Positions 37,450 to 51,315 of a stretch of DNA of 64,000 bases are shown piece after piece. Each line of letters begins with the position of its first letter. The stretch's first letter is position 1. Source of the DNA: Lama glama (taxonomy: Eukaryota); contig CM052818.1 in NCBI GenBank assembly GCA_028534125.1, forward strand, positions 28,770,001 to 28,834,000. Direction: 5' to 3'. The notes under the pieces are model-generated. The model did no database searches and was not told the DNA's origin. It worked only from the letters and a program-made list of their open reading frames with translations. Made by a program: the position numbers and the translations under genes.

Positions 37450-38350
37450 TTTAACAATTTTTTTTAAATTATCTACTTCTGTAACCTACATGGGGTTAAG
37501 AGCTATTCATAAGATTTATATTTTGGTTCTCTTCAAAAAGTTCTCATGTATCTTCTAAGATGCTGTAATTTTTCATTCATTATGAGTATATTTTCCTCTA
37601 CTTTACTGAGGAGTCATAAAACTTGCTTTATAATATTTGTCTAGTTCCAACATTTTAGTTAGCTTAGAGTCAGTCTTCACTGTCTCCACTGACTACCTTT
37701 TCTCTTCAGAACTGATCACATCTTCCTGGCTCTCCAATGTTAAATAATTTTGAATTCTGTCATGAACATTGTTGTGGAGACTTCGTTCTATCATATTCTC
37801 CCAAAGAGTGCTTTTGTTTGTTTGTTGTAACAGACAACTAGTTTGTCCAGACTCAAGCCATAAGCTCTGTATTTTGAGAGAGAGTTCAAATTTCAGTTCT
37901 TTTGTCCTCTGCCTTAGAGCCTGGATGTTGTTCCCTTCATACATGGTTGAGAGATCAGCCAGATATTTAGGCAAAGTTTCTCTATTCAGAACCTACAGTT
38001 TCCTGTTTTTGACTCTTTCCCGGGATTCCTTTTCCATTTTCTGGCAGCTATGATTGTCCCTAACTGTGCCCTCTGGTTCTTCAAAACAGAACATTTTTCT
38101 GTTTCTACCACCTCTATAAACCTCTCAAATCACTGGCCACAGCTATGACCAGGTTAAAAACTGTAAAAGTAGAAAAGTCAATCAGTGTTTTTCCCCTCTT
38201 CTATACAGCTCCTCTGAAATATACTTGTTTTATTTCACTTTCCAGAGGTGGTTTTCATTTTTGTTTTCTAATTTTACCCAGAGTTTATCATTGATATCTA
38301 TGGGAGGGTTAATCTGGTAGGAGCTTTGTTAGTCATACAAGAAGTAGAAG
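37450..38350 (-). mobile_element. Old L1M 5'/ORF1-region fragment
   Basis: Antisense L1M 5' text such as 'gatcacatcttcctggctctccaatgttaaataattttgaattctgtcatgaacattg'. Confidence 0.5.
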
Positions 38351-40119
38351 TCTCTAATACATTTGTTAAGTTTTTAGTTACTGGTAAAAGAAAATGTTAA
38401 GTATTTAAAATTTGAAGATTTAAACTAGTATAGATGTGAAAAATATAAAAGCACTGAACAAGGATAATATGTCTATTTGCTGTACTGTGAATCCAACTGT
38501 GAGTTCAAGCATGCCTCTGTTAACTGTACTTATATTTTACAGTTGAGAATAACTTCTAAGGTTGTTAGGGTAATTATTTTCACATTAATACATTTTGGAA
38601 GCAAAAAACCAAAGTTTGAAGTATCTGGAGAAATCAATATTAGTATCTACTTACTTGCCTTAAAAGTATACTTGTTTGATTAAATTGGGTAGTTTTCTAT
38701 CAAATCTGAAGAAGGAGAATAAGGTATTCCCTCATAATCATTCTTTAATCACTTCATAAAAACAAACTTAAAATTTCCTAGGCATAAACCACTGAGGCCA
38801 CTACAAACTACACATCTTCTTGGTGACAAAATAAATCTATCTAGCCATTTTATTAATCTACATCCCAAGCTGCACAAACCTTTAAAGTTAGAGTGACATC
38901 GTTTGATTTTATAGTATCTTAAACAGAACTGTAGGTGTAGACCTGGACATAAACAGCAGAAAAGCAAGCATGGCTGGTTTAATTTCTTAACATAAGCATA
39001 AAACTCAGAAAACGTCTTTGTCTGAATTCAATGCAAATTATTTCTCCACTCTTCTAAAATTTTCTTAACAATCACCTCATCAAAAAAAAGTACAGTTACA
39101 CTTAATTTTTCTAACATTACTAATTAAAAAGTGAGAAATTCACCAAGCTCTTAGGAAAGGATTTGTCTACATTAGTAGTGGATTTCTCCCTGGTAATAGA
39201 GGCCCATAAATTTTATTTCACATTGTGAAAAATCTCCCTTTGTAGGTTAGAGCATCAGAAGCACATGCCAACCCTGACCCCAACAGTATAGAAAGGGCAG
39301 CCTCAGTCAAGGACGATCATTTTTCACTGACCACTAGCCTACTGGCTAGAATAGCTCAAAGTTTCCTCTCAGTGCCCCCAGCTTCCATAGGACTATATGA
39401 GTCATGACAAGGGGCGGGTACATGGCTGGAGACTGCCTGGTTCTAACATTATTGTCTGGAAGAATTAGATTTTTAACCCTTATTACAACATCTTCTTAGA
39501 TAAGACCAATGAAGTCTAATCTTGCACCACAGAAATGTCCATTACTTCTCTTATCCCCAAGAGTACCTTGCATATTTTTTCCAACACAGAAAATTGGACA
39601 TAAAGTCCATCTGAGTTCTCTATAATTTATCTGACCTTATAAGTCTCCAGAATATTTAATTCTTACAACTTTATTTTTGGGGGCTTTTCTCTGACAAGCT
39701 ACCTTTCCCTTCGAGCCTACCTAACTCACTGCACAAAAATGCTCAGCTTAATTTCCTTCATGTCACTCAGCGATGCACTGGTTGTTTGTCACTTTATCAG
39801 ACCAATGTCCCAGTGTCCTGATATGAGCATGCCATTATCAAATCAGTATCATGGGTAGTAATTATTCTTCCAACTCCTTAAAAATATAAATGCATGGGAT
39901 CAGAGACATTGCCTATTTTTATATACCACCAAAATTCTAGCACTTAGATTAATGCCTGACAAATAGTTTCTTACATATTTTTGATTAATAACTAAATAAA
40001 TAAGTTAGATAACTCAACATTCCCTAAGGATCTTTATTCCAAAAAGGGATGGAATTGTCCTTGTTCTTCTTCTCTCCCTGGGAAAAAAAAAAAAAAAAAA
40101 AGCACTCCTAAAGTCATTA

Positions 40120-42036
40120 GGTGGGACAGGGCAAGGTAGCTGTCTACACTGGAGGAGGTGGGATGGGGAAGCTGCCATGGTAAGAATAGATGTCAGAGAC
40201 CCAGAGCAGAGGGGAAGGTGGCTACACTCAGAGGGTGGATTGTTGTTAGATGTGGGGTGTCAAAGTTCAAACAAGGTAAGGCTGGTGCCCATGCAGACAA
40301 TCAGACTAAGCAAGGTGAGGAGAGCAACACAGGGGTGTCTCAGAGAAGTGTAAAAGTAACATTCCAACATAGGGGTGAACCGGCATGTGATGTCCGAGCT
40401 CAAGATGAAGAAGGCAACCTTCAGAAGTGGAGGCAGACCAGTAGGAGGAGTCAGATTCTGAGTGGATGATGTAGGTACTCATGAGAGGTGGAGAAGCCAG
40501 CCTGGTGCAGACTGTCAGAACCCAAGCATGAAGAGGAGCAGTATGGCTGGGGAAACAGAATCCACAGTGAAGAGGGCCCATCCATACCTACAGGTGGACT
40601 GGTACAAACTATTAGAGAACAAGCACAATCATGAGTAATCCGTGCGGAGATGCACTTTAGGATGGAGAGTTAAAGCCCAAGAGGATTAAGGAGTATGTCA
40701 ATAACAGGGAGAAATATACCCTGGGATGGTGGACTAGAGCACAGAAGGTGGGTGAGGACAGAAGCACCTGATGAGGGAGTGGGCAAAGATAGACAGGTTA
40801 ACATGTAGGAGGACAAAGAAAATAAGTAAATATAAAAAAGGAAATGGGTCCATGTTTCTGTCAGACAAAGGAGTTACAAAGGTGGAAAGGGGGAACTAGA
40901 ATAAAGACTGTGCTGTTGGATTGGCATTAGGGGTATCCATATAAACTTGTGGTTTTTCATACAGAGAGATACATAAAAAAATATAAAGGTGCACATGTGT
41001 ACGTATGCATTCTATATTCCTAGTGCTGTCTACTGCATTGGCATCTCATAATAATTAGCATATCTAGCACTCAAATCTTAACTTCTAAATACCATTCTCC
41101 ACTATAAAGAATTAGAGCTCTTTGAAGAAATAGCTGATTTCAGATTTGGGGCAGGATAAGCACAGGCTGAGAACACATTATTGAATAAGGAAGTTAAGAA
41201 AGTACTCAGCAGGGTTAGAGATATATCAAAAACACAGAGAAGCCAGAGAAAAAGGGGCTCCATGTGGCCAAGCTGGAGGAAAATTCAATATCAAAATAAA
41301 TAATGACAACAATGAATAATAATTCAAGTAAAATAAAATAATGAATTTAAATGTGTCTATACAGATAAAAATTAATGATATATGACTAGTTGGAGAGTTT
41401 GATGAAGAACAGGATATTTACATGATTCAAAGTCCCTTCTCACAGTCTTCTTACCTACAAAAGGGAAAAGGTAAGTGAAAAAGCCTGACAGACACCTCCA
41501 GAATCAAATAATCAAAATTAGCATTATTAATTTTGAACAAGTCAAAATTGTGCACTCTTTGACAGAATGTAATAAGAGAAAAAAAAACTATCACTTCTAT
41601 GATATTCTTGCCAAAGATTCATAATCTGAATCTGGTAAAAATGAAAAATTCACATTCAAAGGCATTTGACTACAAAAAGTAGCCTATCTTCAAAAGTATC
41701 AAGGTTGTGAAAGTGAAGGAAAGAGTGCCCTATACCTAATGAAAATAAAGAGACACAGAGATCAAATGATCAAACATAACACACGATTCTGAATTGGATC
41801 ATCCTACTATAAAGAAAATACGGGAACAACTGAAATTTGAATGGGGTCTGAGGATTAGATGACATTGAAGTCATATGTCTGTGTGACAAATCACCCCACA
41901 TACTAAGCTAAAATACTCAGGTGATCAGGTAACCAGCACTGGCTTGAGCTCAAATAGTTCAGGGGGAAAAAAAAAAGGTATTTATACCACATTTAGAACT
42001 TTTCTGTAAATTTGTAATTGTTTCAAAATTAAAAAT
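40120..42036 (+). mobile_element. L1MC (L1MC3/4-like) long 3' end, including a degenerate G-rich tandem array at ~40190-40790
   Basis: 'tttctgtcagacaaaggagttacaaa...ggaactagaata...ctgtgctgttggattgg', 'ttctaaataccattctccactataaagaattagagctctttgaagaaatagctgatt', terminal 'tttctgtaaatttgtaattgtttcaaaattaaaaa'. Confidence 0.75.
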
Positions 42037-42427
42037 ACATACTTTAAGAAAAGCTATAAAATTCTTTAAAAGTTTTATGAGGGACAATGAAGTTACATAA
42101 ACTCACTTTCCCTCTGTGTCTTCAGCAAGGATCAGGCTGATAAACTCACAATAAAATGTGGTAATGAGTCATTTAGAAATTCTTTCTCTGTCCTCCCACA
42201 AAACCTACTATCTGAAGCTCACATCTTTACCTTGTAGCCTCTGGTGTTTATATACACATATATACATCATATACACATGTTGTATATGTCACACATCATA
42301 TACATGCACATTACACAATATATTAAACAATAGGCATGTTTTCATTGAATAGCCAATGGATTGATTAATCACTGGCACCAACTTACATGTCAGAAAATAA
42401 TTCCTGCATTTGCACCTGTATTAATAC

Positions 42428-42463
42428 AAAAAACAAACAAACAAACAAATAAACAAACAAAAA
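42428..42463. repeat. (AAAC)n microsatellite
   Basis: Directly visible. Confidence 0.9.
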
Positions 42464-43736
42464 CTCCACCAGGACAAAGTTATTTAAAGAAAATAAAAGC
42501 CAAATTATAGAGCAGTCTTCAGAGAACCACAAAAAAATTGCATTAGACACCTAAATGCCTTTCTATTTAGGTTAATATGGCAAAGCTAGCTTGCTACTCA
42601 CAGACCATTTTCCCTTTCCTCCTGGGCTCATGGGCAGACTTCATTACACAGAGCACTTGTCAGCCTAGATTCCTCGATGACTATGTGGAGCACAACCCTC
42701 CTCCCCTAACACTATTTCATCTTTAAATGAGAAAAAGTACGTTTCTACATTTTAATTCATTGAGATTTTTCCCTGCCATAGCAACTACTACCATCACCTA
42801 AACCAGTGAATTTTCTTTTACTCTCAGATCTGGTGTGGAGATCACAGCTGATTGTGGGGACTGTTAAATCCCTGAGTTTCCTTAAAGTGAAACATTTACA
42901 GGACATACCAGCCATTCTCCTGCTAATATTGCCTAATTCTTAGAGGATGAAACTTCTCCTCATTGTGCTAATAAAAATAATCACTTTTCTCCGTCTATCA
43001 AAGTCTTGTTTCCAGGAAGAGGATAAGAATGAAGCACATAGAGCAAGCTGCCACATTTGTCACTTTCTATATATATCCATCTGTTAACATCTATGTATGG
43101 AAGCCTGTGATATCTACTAGGAACAGAATATCAAATCTAGTGCATGAGAAAATGTTCACTAAGTATAATCTTATTACTTCAGATAATGCTAGAAAAGTGT
43201 GGTGAATGTAAGAGCCGAGGACCTAGAGTGCTATGGCAGCAAACAGCAGAAGACTGAATCAGGTGTAGGGATAAGGGACAGTGTCCCAGAAAACATCAGC
43301 ACGGATCTCTGAGTCCCTCTATATAGGCTGCTCTCCTACATCAAGGTTCTTACTGATCAGTCTTCCTCCTTGTGTGGGAGTCTCCCTGGTATCTGACAAG
43401 CCATCTTATCTCTAATTTCTGTTGTTTTCCTTGTTCAAACAACTTTCAGTTTTCCCATCTGTAAAATGGGAATAGAAATACATATTTTACTGGTTTATTA
43501 TGAAGTTAAAGGTGCAGAATTATGAGGAAGTGACACCAACTGATACACAATAAGCAAACAATAAACGCAACGTTATACCTTGAGGTCAGATTTCTTCAAT
43601 ATGATTATCTAATCTAACTACCAGACATACATTTTTTATTCTTCACCCACTTTGGGAATTTGTGTTGATCTTTTTTCACATGTTTAAAGAAAAATAAGTA
43701 TTTGAGTGTTAAATTTGTGGTTTCCTTAAATCTTAC

Positions 43737-43788
43737 CATTCTGGCTTCAATTCTTTTTTTAGCTAAACGACTATATCTTTGCTCTCCC
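43737..43788 (-). other. Candidate isolated 52-nt exon (minus strand)
   Basis: 'atttttcactaacag|' acceptor and ATG|gtaaga donor. Single open frame GEQRYSRLAKKRIEARM. Confidence 0.15.
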
Positions 43789-46700
43789 CTGTTAGTGAAA
43801 AATATAGGTATCTTGGCTCAGGTTAAACCCTTTGCCCACCTCCCTGTGTACAAAGTAATGACCTTGTCAACCCAGAGAGTCAGAATCAAATCATCATCAT
43901 AATAATGTTACTCTTTTACCTCATAAAATCCTAAAGTAGTTTGCAATGCTTACATAATTTTAAGAGTGGGTATATTGAAGCTTACAACATGAGTAATTTG
44001 CCCAGGGTCACAGAGCCACTTGGCATCAGAAGTGGGATTCAACCTGAGGTCTGTTTGTCTCCAGTATCTTTGTTTTCCCCTGTATCAAATGTATTTCCAC
44101 AAAAATTTAAAAATTGTTTCCTTGTAACTTTTTTGTTGCCACACTTTTTGAGCCACAGTTGTGGTGGCATTTAATCTAACCCATTTAATATATCAGTGGA
44201 TCATCATATATATCAGTGCATCAAAATGGCATGAACCCAGAACCCGAGGATAAACTCAGGAAAAGCAACATGAAAGTCTAAAATATAAAGATTGAAAGAA
44301 AGCATAACATTTTGGAGATTGCAATGTGACACCACGTAATAAAAGAAGTTTGGGGCAACCGAGAAACAGATTAAGTGGTAAAAAGTGTTGCCTGTATTAC
44401 TCCAGCATTAATCAGGGCAAAGGACACTTGACAAATATCTGTTTCCTGGTTTGTTTACTAGGTAATAGTGTTGAAGAAAGAAGAGTTCATTGATCTATAA
44501 TAACTGATCAGACTAATTCCTCAAAATCAATTTGTTTCACAAACTACTGCTTTTTTTCCTAGTCTTAACTTACTGGCAACTGGATTCCCCTGTTGAAAAA
44601 GAATATGCTAATCAGGTGAATCAGACATTTTTGTCTCCTTAACAGGATTCAGATCTTCCAAACTGTCTGAGCAGGTGCTATGTGAAAGGCATTCCAGAGA
44701 AAATTCCATTCCTGGGTATAAACAATTGGCCTTCTTGTTGATTATTAGTCTCCTGCATTTATCTCACTGTCCTCACAAACTACACCTTCAGTAATGAGTA
44801 AAACGGATTCCTCAGGGTGAATAAGATCCCATCTGCAAGCCTTAGCCAACATCAATCCACCAACTATTGCTTTTCCAGAAGACAAATGTTAAATTAGATA
44901 TACAACTACTTTCTACCCAGGGAGGAAAGTTAGAAATATGTTGAGCAACAGGATGTTCCCTAAGGTCTCAATGTCTCTCCTAAAAGATTTCTTGATTTAT
45001 TATTATCCAAGGATCTTCCCCTAGCCCTGCCAAAATCCTTAGGGTTAACTACCTCTTGCAGAGTACTTCTTTTTACAGGTCCTTAAACTATTTCCTTCTA
45101 GCTTCATGCTTTGATTTGGATTTCCCTTGATTTGGAAGGGAAGGCTTGCTTCTGTGTTTTGATTTTGGAAGTAGTCTTCACAAGCCTTCTAGAACTCTTG
45201 TTTCTCTTGAGGAAATGCATTTTTACCTTTCTTCACAAGCTGACTTCATCTATCAGTTTGGCCTCTGATGAAATACTGAGCAACCATTGCCTTAACTAAC
45301 CCAACCCTAAGGAATAGAGTAATTGTATGAATTATTACTCTCTAGCTGATTCATTGTTGTCAGATTTGCTGCCACTTGAACTCTAGGGAGCCAAGACTTT
45401 CAAATAATAACTGAAGATAATCAGAGAAAAGTAGTGAGTAGACACAAGGCTATTTATAAAATACTGCTACATTTCATAAAATTTCCATTAGGATAGATTA
45501 TCTAGAGGTTACCCTCAGGCAGAAATTTACTGAAATTACATCTAAATCTAGTTCTCTGACATCCAAAGAAATAATAACTAGAAATAGAACCATTCCTTTT
45601 ATATTCATCTCTCCCTATCACCAAACAGGCATATTCCTTTAATTTGTGGACTCAAATCTCTTTTTATATCTCGCCTTAACTGAAATATTTCCATGTATAT
45701 TTGAAGGGACACTACCATTGATTCCTATGACCATTACTTAGACTACTTTTGTATTTTATCAGCCCATCTGTTAATACATCACATAATGGGGATGAAGTGG
45801 ACATAATTAATGAGATGCAGTCACCACTCTACAGAAATCTCTATGGTCTGTCTCTCTCTCTAAAATTATAATAAAATCTGATAGAATTAGAAATTCTATA
45901 ATCCAGAATATCTAACACTACAGTTAAGAAAGTTACTAAACATATAAAATGAAAGCATTGCTATTTTCCAAAAAGCCAAATTCTCTGCCCCAGTAAGTAT
46001 TTGACATTAAAATACTACTCACTACAATTTGGTTTTTGATGTGCAGAAATCCCTTATATTCTATCTATATATCGACATCATTCACCAAATATGTACTGAA
46101 CGTTAATTACATATAAGACTCAACCATGGGTGCTAGAAGGCCTACAAAAGTGACGAGTCAGATTTTTTGCCCTCAATGTCTCCTGTCTTACGTATCAATT
46201 TTAACTATATGTAGAACTGAGAAATTTCATGGTTTTAAAGATTTCCAGCTGATTGCGTACCAGATGGTAGGGTGTTTATCCTACTAGGAAAGATAATGAT
46301 CTCATGGGGAAAAAAAAAACTTGGACACTCTGGATTCTTCCTGATTATATATTTGCCCTCTGTCACAACTATCTAGAAGCATCATAGGCTCCCTTTATCC
46401 TCTCTGCAAATATCTACAGTATAAAGTTTAAATACCTTCCTATGATATACAAGGCCCTCAGGATCCAGACTTCTCTACATTTTAACTTCAACTACTTCAA
46501 CTCAGAAGTGATATTAAAACCCAGCAAGTCTGGGACACCAACCAGAAACAAAAGGGAGAATTCCTGGAGCAGGGACTTAGAAGCCTCCTTCAGTGTTAAG
46601 CAATCATACCTTTAGGTGTTAGATTTGGGGGAGACTCAAGGAAAGGGGCAGGCAGGCAGTTTGTCAGTGGGAGGATCACACAAAGAATTTGGGGCAGTGG

Positions 46701-47392
46701 CAATTTATTAATCAGATAAAAGCATTTCAGCATTTTAGCCAGCAGTCAAAATGTGTGCCATTGGTCTATCTGCTCCTTAATGAGTATACCCTTAACTCCT
46801 ATTAAAGTAAACTAGTTAGTATTCCTGAAATGTTTCGTCTCTAATTAGCTAATATCCTCTAAATGTTTTATACCCAACTAGTTAACATTCTGTAAATGTT
46901 TCACACCAATAGTTCCATGAAGCATTCCAGGGATGTTTCATTGCAATGAAGCTTCCTCTGTCTGAAATGTCCTTCCTTCTCACCCTTCAACATCTGGATA
47001 AATATGTTTTAAGACCTGCTAAGGCTTCACAAAGGAGATGATACTTAAACTTTGTCCCCAAAAGCTCCTTTCTAAGTCATTCTGGTTCCCCACCCCTTCC
47101 TCAAATGACAACATTAAAGACCCCTGTCTGTGCACCAACTCTATGATGGCATCTTCGCATTTATTTGATTAAATCTTTGTCCATTACTGGACTGTTAACT
47201 CCTGGAGTTAAGAATGGTGTCCGATCCAACTTTGTGTCTCTGGCTCCTAGCAATATATAAATCCTCACACATATAACAGACTCTCACTAAATGGCAGGGT
47301 AATGAAATTGGAATTCTTCCTTTAAACTTTGCCCATCTGCTGAGTAAAAGTAAATTAGTCCAGATGAAGAGTTTGCTCAATGCCATTAGATC

Positions 47393-47655
47393 ACTGATTC
47401 TCAAACTTTATCACATATCAGAGTAATCTGAATGGCTTAATGAAACAGATTCATGGGTGCTATACCCAGAGTTTCCGATTCAGTAGGTCTGAGAATAACA
47501 GTGGTTCTCTAACTGTGGCCATCAGAACAGCAGCAGCAGCATCACCTGGGGACTTGTCAGAAATGAAAATTCTTGGCCTCAACCCCAGACCTGAATCAGG
47601 AATAGTTGGGTGGGACACAGCAATCTGTGCTTTAACAGACCCTCCGAAAGTGGCA
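47393..47655. mobile_element. Two abutting MER5-family (hAT-Charlie) fragments
   Basis: 'cactgattctcaaact...cccagagtttccgattcagtaggtctg' followed by 'cagtggttctctaactgtgg...cagcagcatcacctggggacttgtcagaaatgaaaattcttggcctcaaccccagacctgaatcag'. Confidence 0.8.
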
Positions 47656-50600
47656 AATACTCAGATTGGCATAATGGAAGAATTAGTTTCCAAAGACTCC
47701 TCTCCAACATTTTCAATGCAATTCTTGTCCCTGGCCACTACCATTTTTCATACATGAGATCTTCCTTATCATTTGAATAGATTAAGTAGATTTCATAAGA
47801 TTGTTTTACATATGTTGCATTTGACAAAGATCTTCTAAGATTGTTAAAGATCTAAAAAGAGTTGTTTCTAGAGATAGTCTATATAATAAACTGAAGAACT
47901 TAAAAGATAAAATAATCAAAGGCTCTCAATGAACAACAATAATAACAATCTTAACATTGATAATACAGCTTCATATTTCCCCCCCAGAAAAAAAGTATTG
48001 ATTCTCACTCTTATTTAGCAATAAAAAATACTGGAGAAGATAGCTAAAAGAACATCTGCTGGCATTTTGCTAAAGCATTGGTTCAAACACAAATTTCCCC
48101 ATGAAGTTCAGTGATGATTTTTCTCACACTAGCTGATGGAGCACAGTGGTCCGAGATGGTTATGTGCCAGGACCAGAATTTAATCTGAAACTTGCTTATC
48201 CATAGTCCTTGGCCTCCTTACTATACATACTGCATTCAATAATGAAACTTCACAAAGGCCACCAAGACAAAATCTCTGAGAATGGGATCATTTACCTTAT
48301 GCCCTGAGATATAGACAACTAAAATGCCACGTCTTATATAATTTGGGTATGATTTAATTGATATGTAAACCTCCATATACCAGAGAAATTTACCCTTCAG
48401 TTAATAATTTATTAATAACCATTTTATATTTGGGTTGTTCAATCCAAATTGCAAACTCAGTTGTGATAAATATGAGTTAGATGAAAATTAGGGCTTTGGT
48501 TTCAGACTAGTTCTGAGTTCAAATCAAAGATCTCCTTCTTACCACTGAGCACAATTAGCCATTTCACTCATCTAATGCCACTGTTCCTAAATGTTAATTT
48601 CCCTAATAGAGTAACACTAACAGCTATAATGATAACATTCAGATGCTTATATTCAGCTCTAAATTAAACCTAAATCCTACATCACTAATGATACTATAGA
48701 CATTTTCACCCTCAATATGTCTATTTTTGACTGATTAATTAACAACATCTGGTTCTTTGTTCTTTTCTGGGTATATTAAAGTCTACACTTGTCAAGTTCC
48801 ATGTAGTTGACCAGAGCAGTATGATAGTTCTAGCTAGTGCATATGCGAGCAAAAGTGACATATGTCAATTCTGGACTGAGTCAGTGGAAAAAATTAAACA
48901 CCTGCACAATTTTCCAATCTCTCTCTTCTCCTGTGACTGTGATCAGGAGGAAGGCTTGTCTTGACAATATAGGGCCACCAGATCAAAGCAGTGTGGTTCA
49001 CTGAGTCACCACATGGAAGGCAGCTGCTGTGAAGAGGCACTGAGAACAAAACTGAATAATTCTTGCCAGAACATATCTTTGTTGCACTAAAACACTGGTA
49101 TTTGGGGGTCATTTAACATGTATGATAAGCTTAACCTATCTTGATTAACACAGTGTCTCAAATCAAATGCATCTCTTTTTAACCATAAGCATATTACCCT
49201 TTCCAATATCATATTTTCTTTCAATCACACTAAAAGGTGAATTTTCACTCACTTTTTATGCTTTCTCTTTTAGCTCCACTGCCCTCCATATTTTGCTGCA
49301 TCCTCCTAGGTATGGAAGAGAAATAACTAACTCTTGTCTCCTGCCTCTAAATGAGAGACACTTTGATCATTTTGAAAAACTCATTTTGAAAAAAAACACC
49401 TATGTCCCTAGGATTTGTTTAGTGGCAGCTTGCTTTTGCCTACTACAAGGGTCTCCTGGCCTGACTTTCAAGAACCTCAACTTTACCTTGCACTATAATC
49501 CTGAACTGCTCAGCACACACTCTCACCTTCATCCAGTCTCCTCATACGTGGAACTTCGGTTATACCTTGATGCCTTTGTTCTCTGTCTTCCCTGCCTCTC
49601 CAGCTTTCAAACTGAAATCCAACCCCATCCTCCCATGAAGCCTTTTCTGATTTTTCTAACCTAACTGATGTCCCCTTACTCAGAACTCCCTTTCCATAAA
49701 GAAGTAGTGTATTATAGTTTAGTGTCTAATACTTTAATTCTTACTACTGTTTTTAAAGAGTAGTAGTCATGTTTTATACTGCTTTTGAATCTGGACAATA
49801 TTTATTACAATACAAATACTAAGTACGTACGTTGTTTTACCTGCTTAAAACCATCCACAGGCATTCATCCGAAAAATCAGTTTCTTCCAGGGAAAAGAAT
49901 GTGTAACACACCTTTTCATCACAATATCTCAGACCCTGGAGTCTTCCACCATGAAAACTGGCTGAGAAACCAGTGATTTGTTCATTAAAAAAAAAGAATT
50001 CTACCCTCAATGGTAGTTTTTTCAAAACCTCACATTCTTAATAGAGCCCTAGTGACCTATAGCATTTCTTAGTATTTGCTTTCAGAAATGAATTCTTTTC
50101 TAATTTTATATTGTCAGACAAACTTTAAAAGTATTGTCAGATTAGTTCCATAAATTAAACTGGTTTGCTCAGTTATAGTACAGATATGTTATGATGATAA
50201 CGTAGATAACATAGGTGGTTTTATTTGTGCTACTTTCATTGCTTTCTCCTAAAGTTATGTGGAATATAATTGGTATTTTTCTGTGCTCAAAAAGGATTCT
50301 CTTCTGAATTATGTTTTTCAATGATGGTTGGTAATTATTATAGCTTTAGTTTGTTTGTTTTAAACACTTTTCAGTAAAGGTTTCTCAGTAATTAAATTCT
50401 ACTGACCTACTTTTCACATCCCTGGTTTGTAATCTATTTCATCTCCTAGGTTCATAATAAGCAATTACACAGATAAATGATAAAACAGCAAAAGAAGAGA
50501 GTAGAAAAATCCAAATAAATCACAGACCATCAGTCACAGGATATCTAAGGGGAAGCTGTAATTTGATCATGAGGGACACTCTCTAAATGCAATTATAACA

Positions 50601-50996
50601 CTACCAGATACCACAATTTTCTTCTCATTAGTACACACTAGTCCTTTGTAGAGACACGCTGTAGTATTTCACATTCAAAGCTTCTCTTTTAAATCTATTC
50701 ACTAATGAGTTTCAGTGGGTTGTTGCATTTCTCTAAAATGCTTTTCAAAACTTAGTTCTGCCACTAATGAAGACTGCTGCTTCAACTTAAAAAATATAGG
50801 TCTGAATCCATTGCTTAAAGTTAGATGCCTAATTCTCTATTTAGCTACAAATATTGTCAAGAGACTTTTTTTTTTTAAGAAAATGACTTTATTCATCAAA
50901 TAGTTATTGATCTCCAGACAGTCTGCTAGGTACTTAGGATAAAGGAGTAAATAAGATACATGGAGTCTCCCTCTGCTTACATGGAATTCCCCCAAA

Positions 50997-51315
50997 GCTG
51001 TGCTGTCTATCATGGTAGCCACTAGTCACATGTGACAGTTGGGTACTTGAAATGTGACTTGTTCAAATTAAGATGTGATATAAAGGAAAATATACATCAC
51101 ATTTTGAAGACTTGCCACAAAATATAAATAAGTATCATTTTAAATTTATTACATATTAAAATAATACTCTGAATATGCTGGGTTAAATACAATATAACAT
51201 TAAAATTAATTTCACCTCTTTTTGCTTTTGTTAACATGGGTACTAGAAAATTTACAAGTTATATAAATGTCTTTCATTTGTGTCTTGCACTGTATTTCTA
51301 CTGGATGGTGCCTCT
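50997..51315. mobile_element. MER33-like hAT-Charlie MITE
   Basis: 'gctgtgctgtctatcatggtagccactagtcacatgtg...tacttgaaatgtgact...aattaatttcacctcttttt...tgtatttctactggatggtgc'. Length ~320 bp. Confidence 0.8.

Noticed and set aside
40190..40790. CRISPR-like or coding repeat array (ORF 40158-40469)
   Set aside because: Units are highly degenerate and irregularly spaced, the context is eukaryotic, and the array is continuous with an L1MC 3' end.
49167..49664. 165-aa hydrophobic ORF
   Set aside because: No recognisable domain. Its composition reflects pyrimidine-rich, L2-like decayed sequence.
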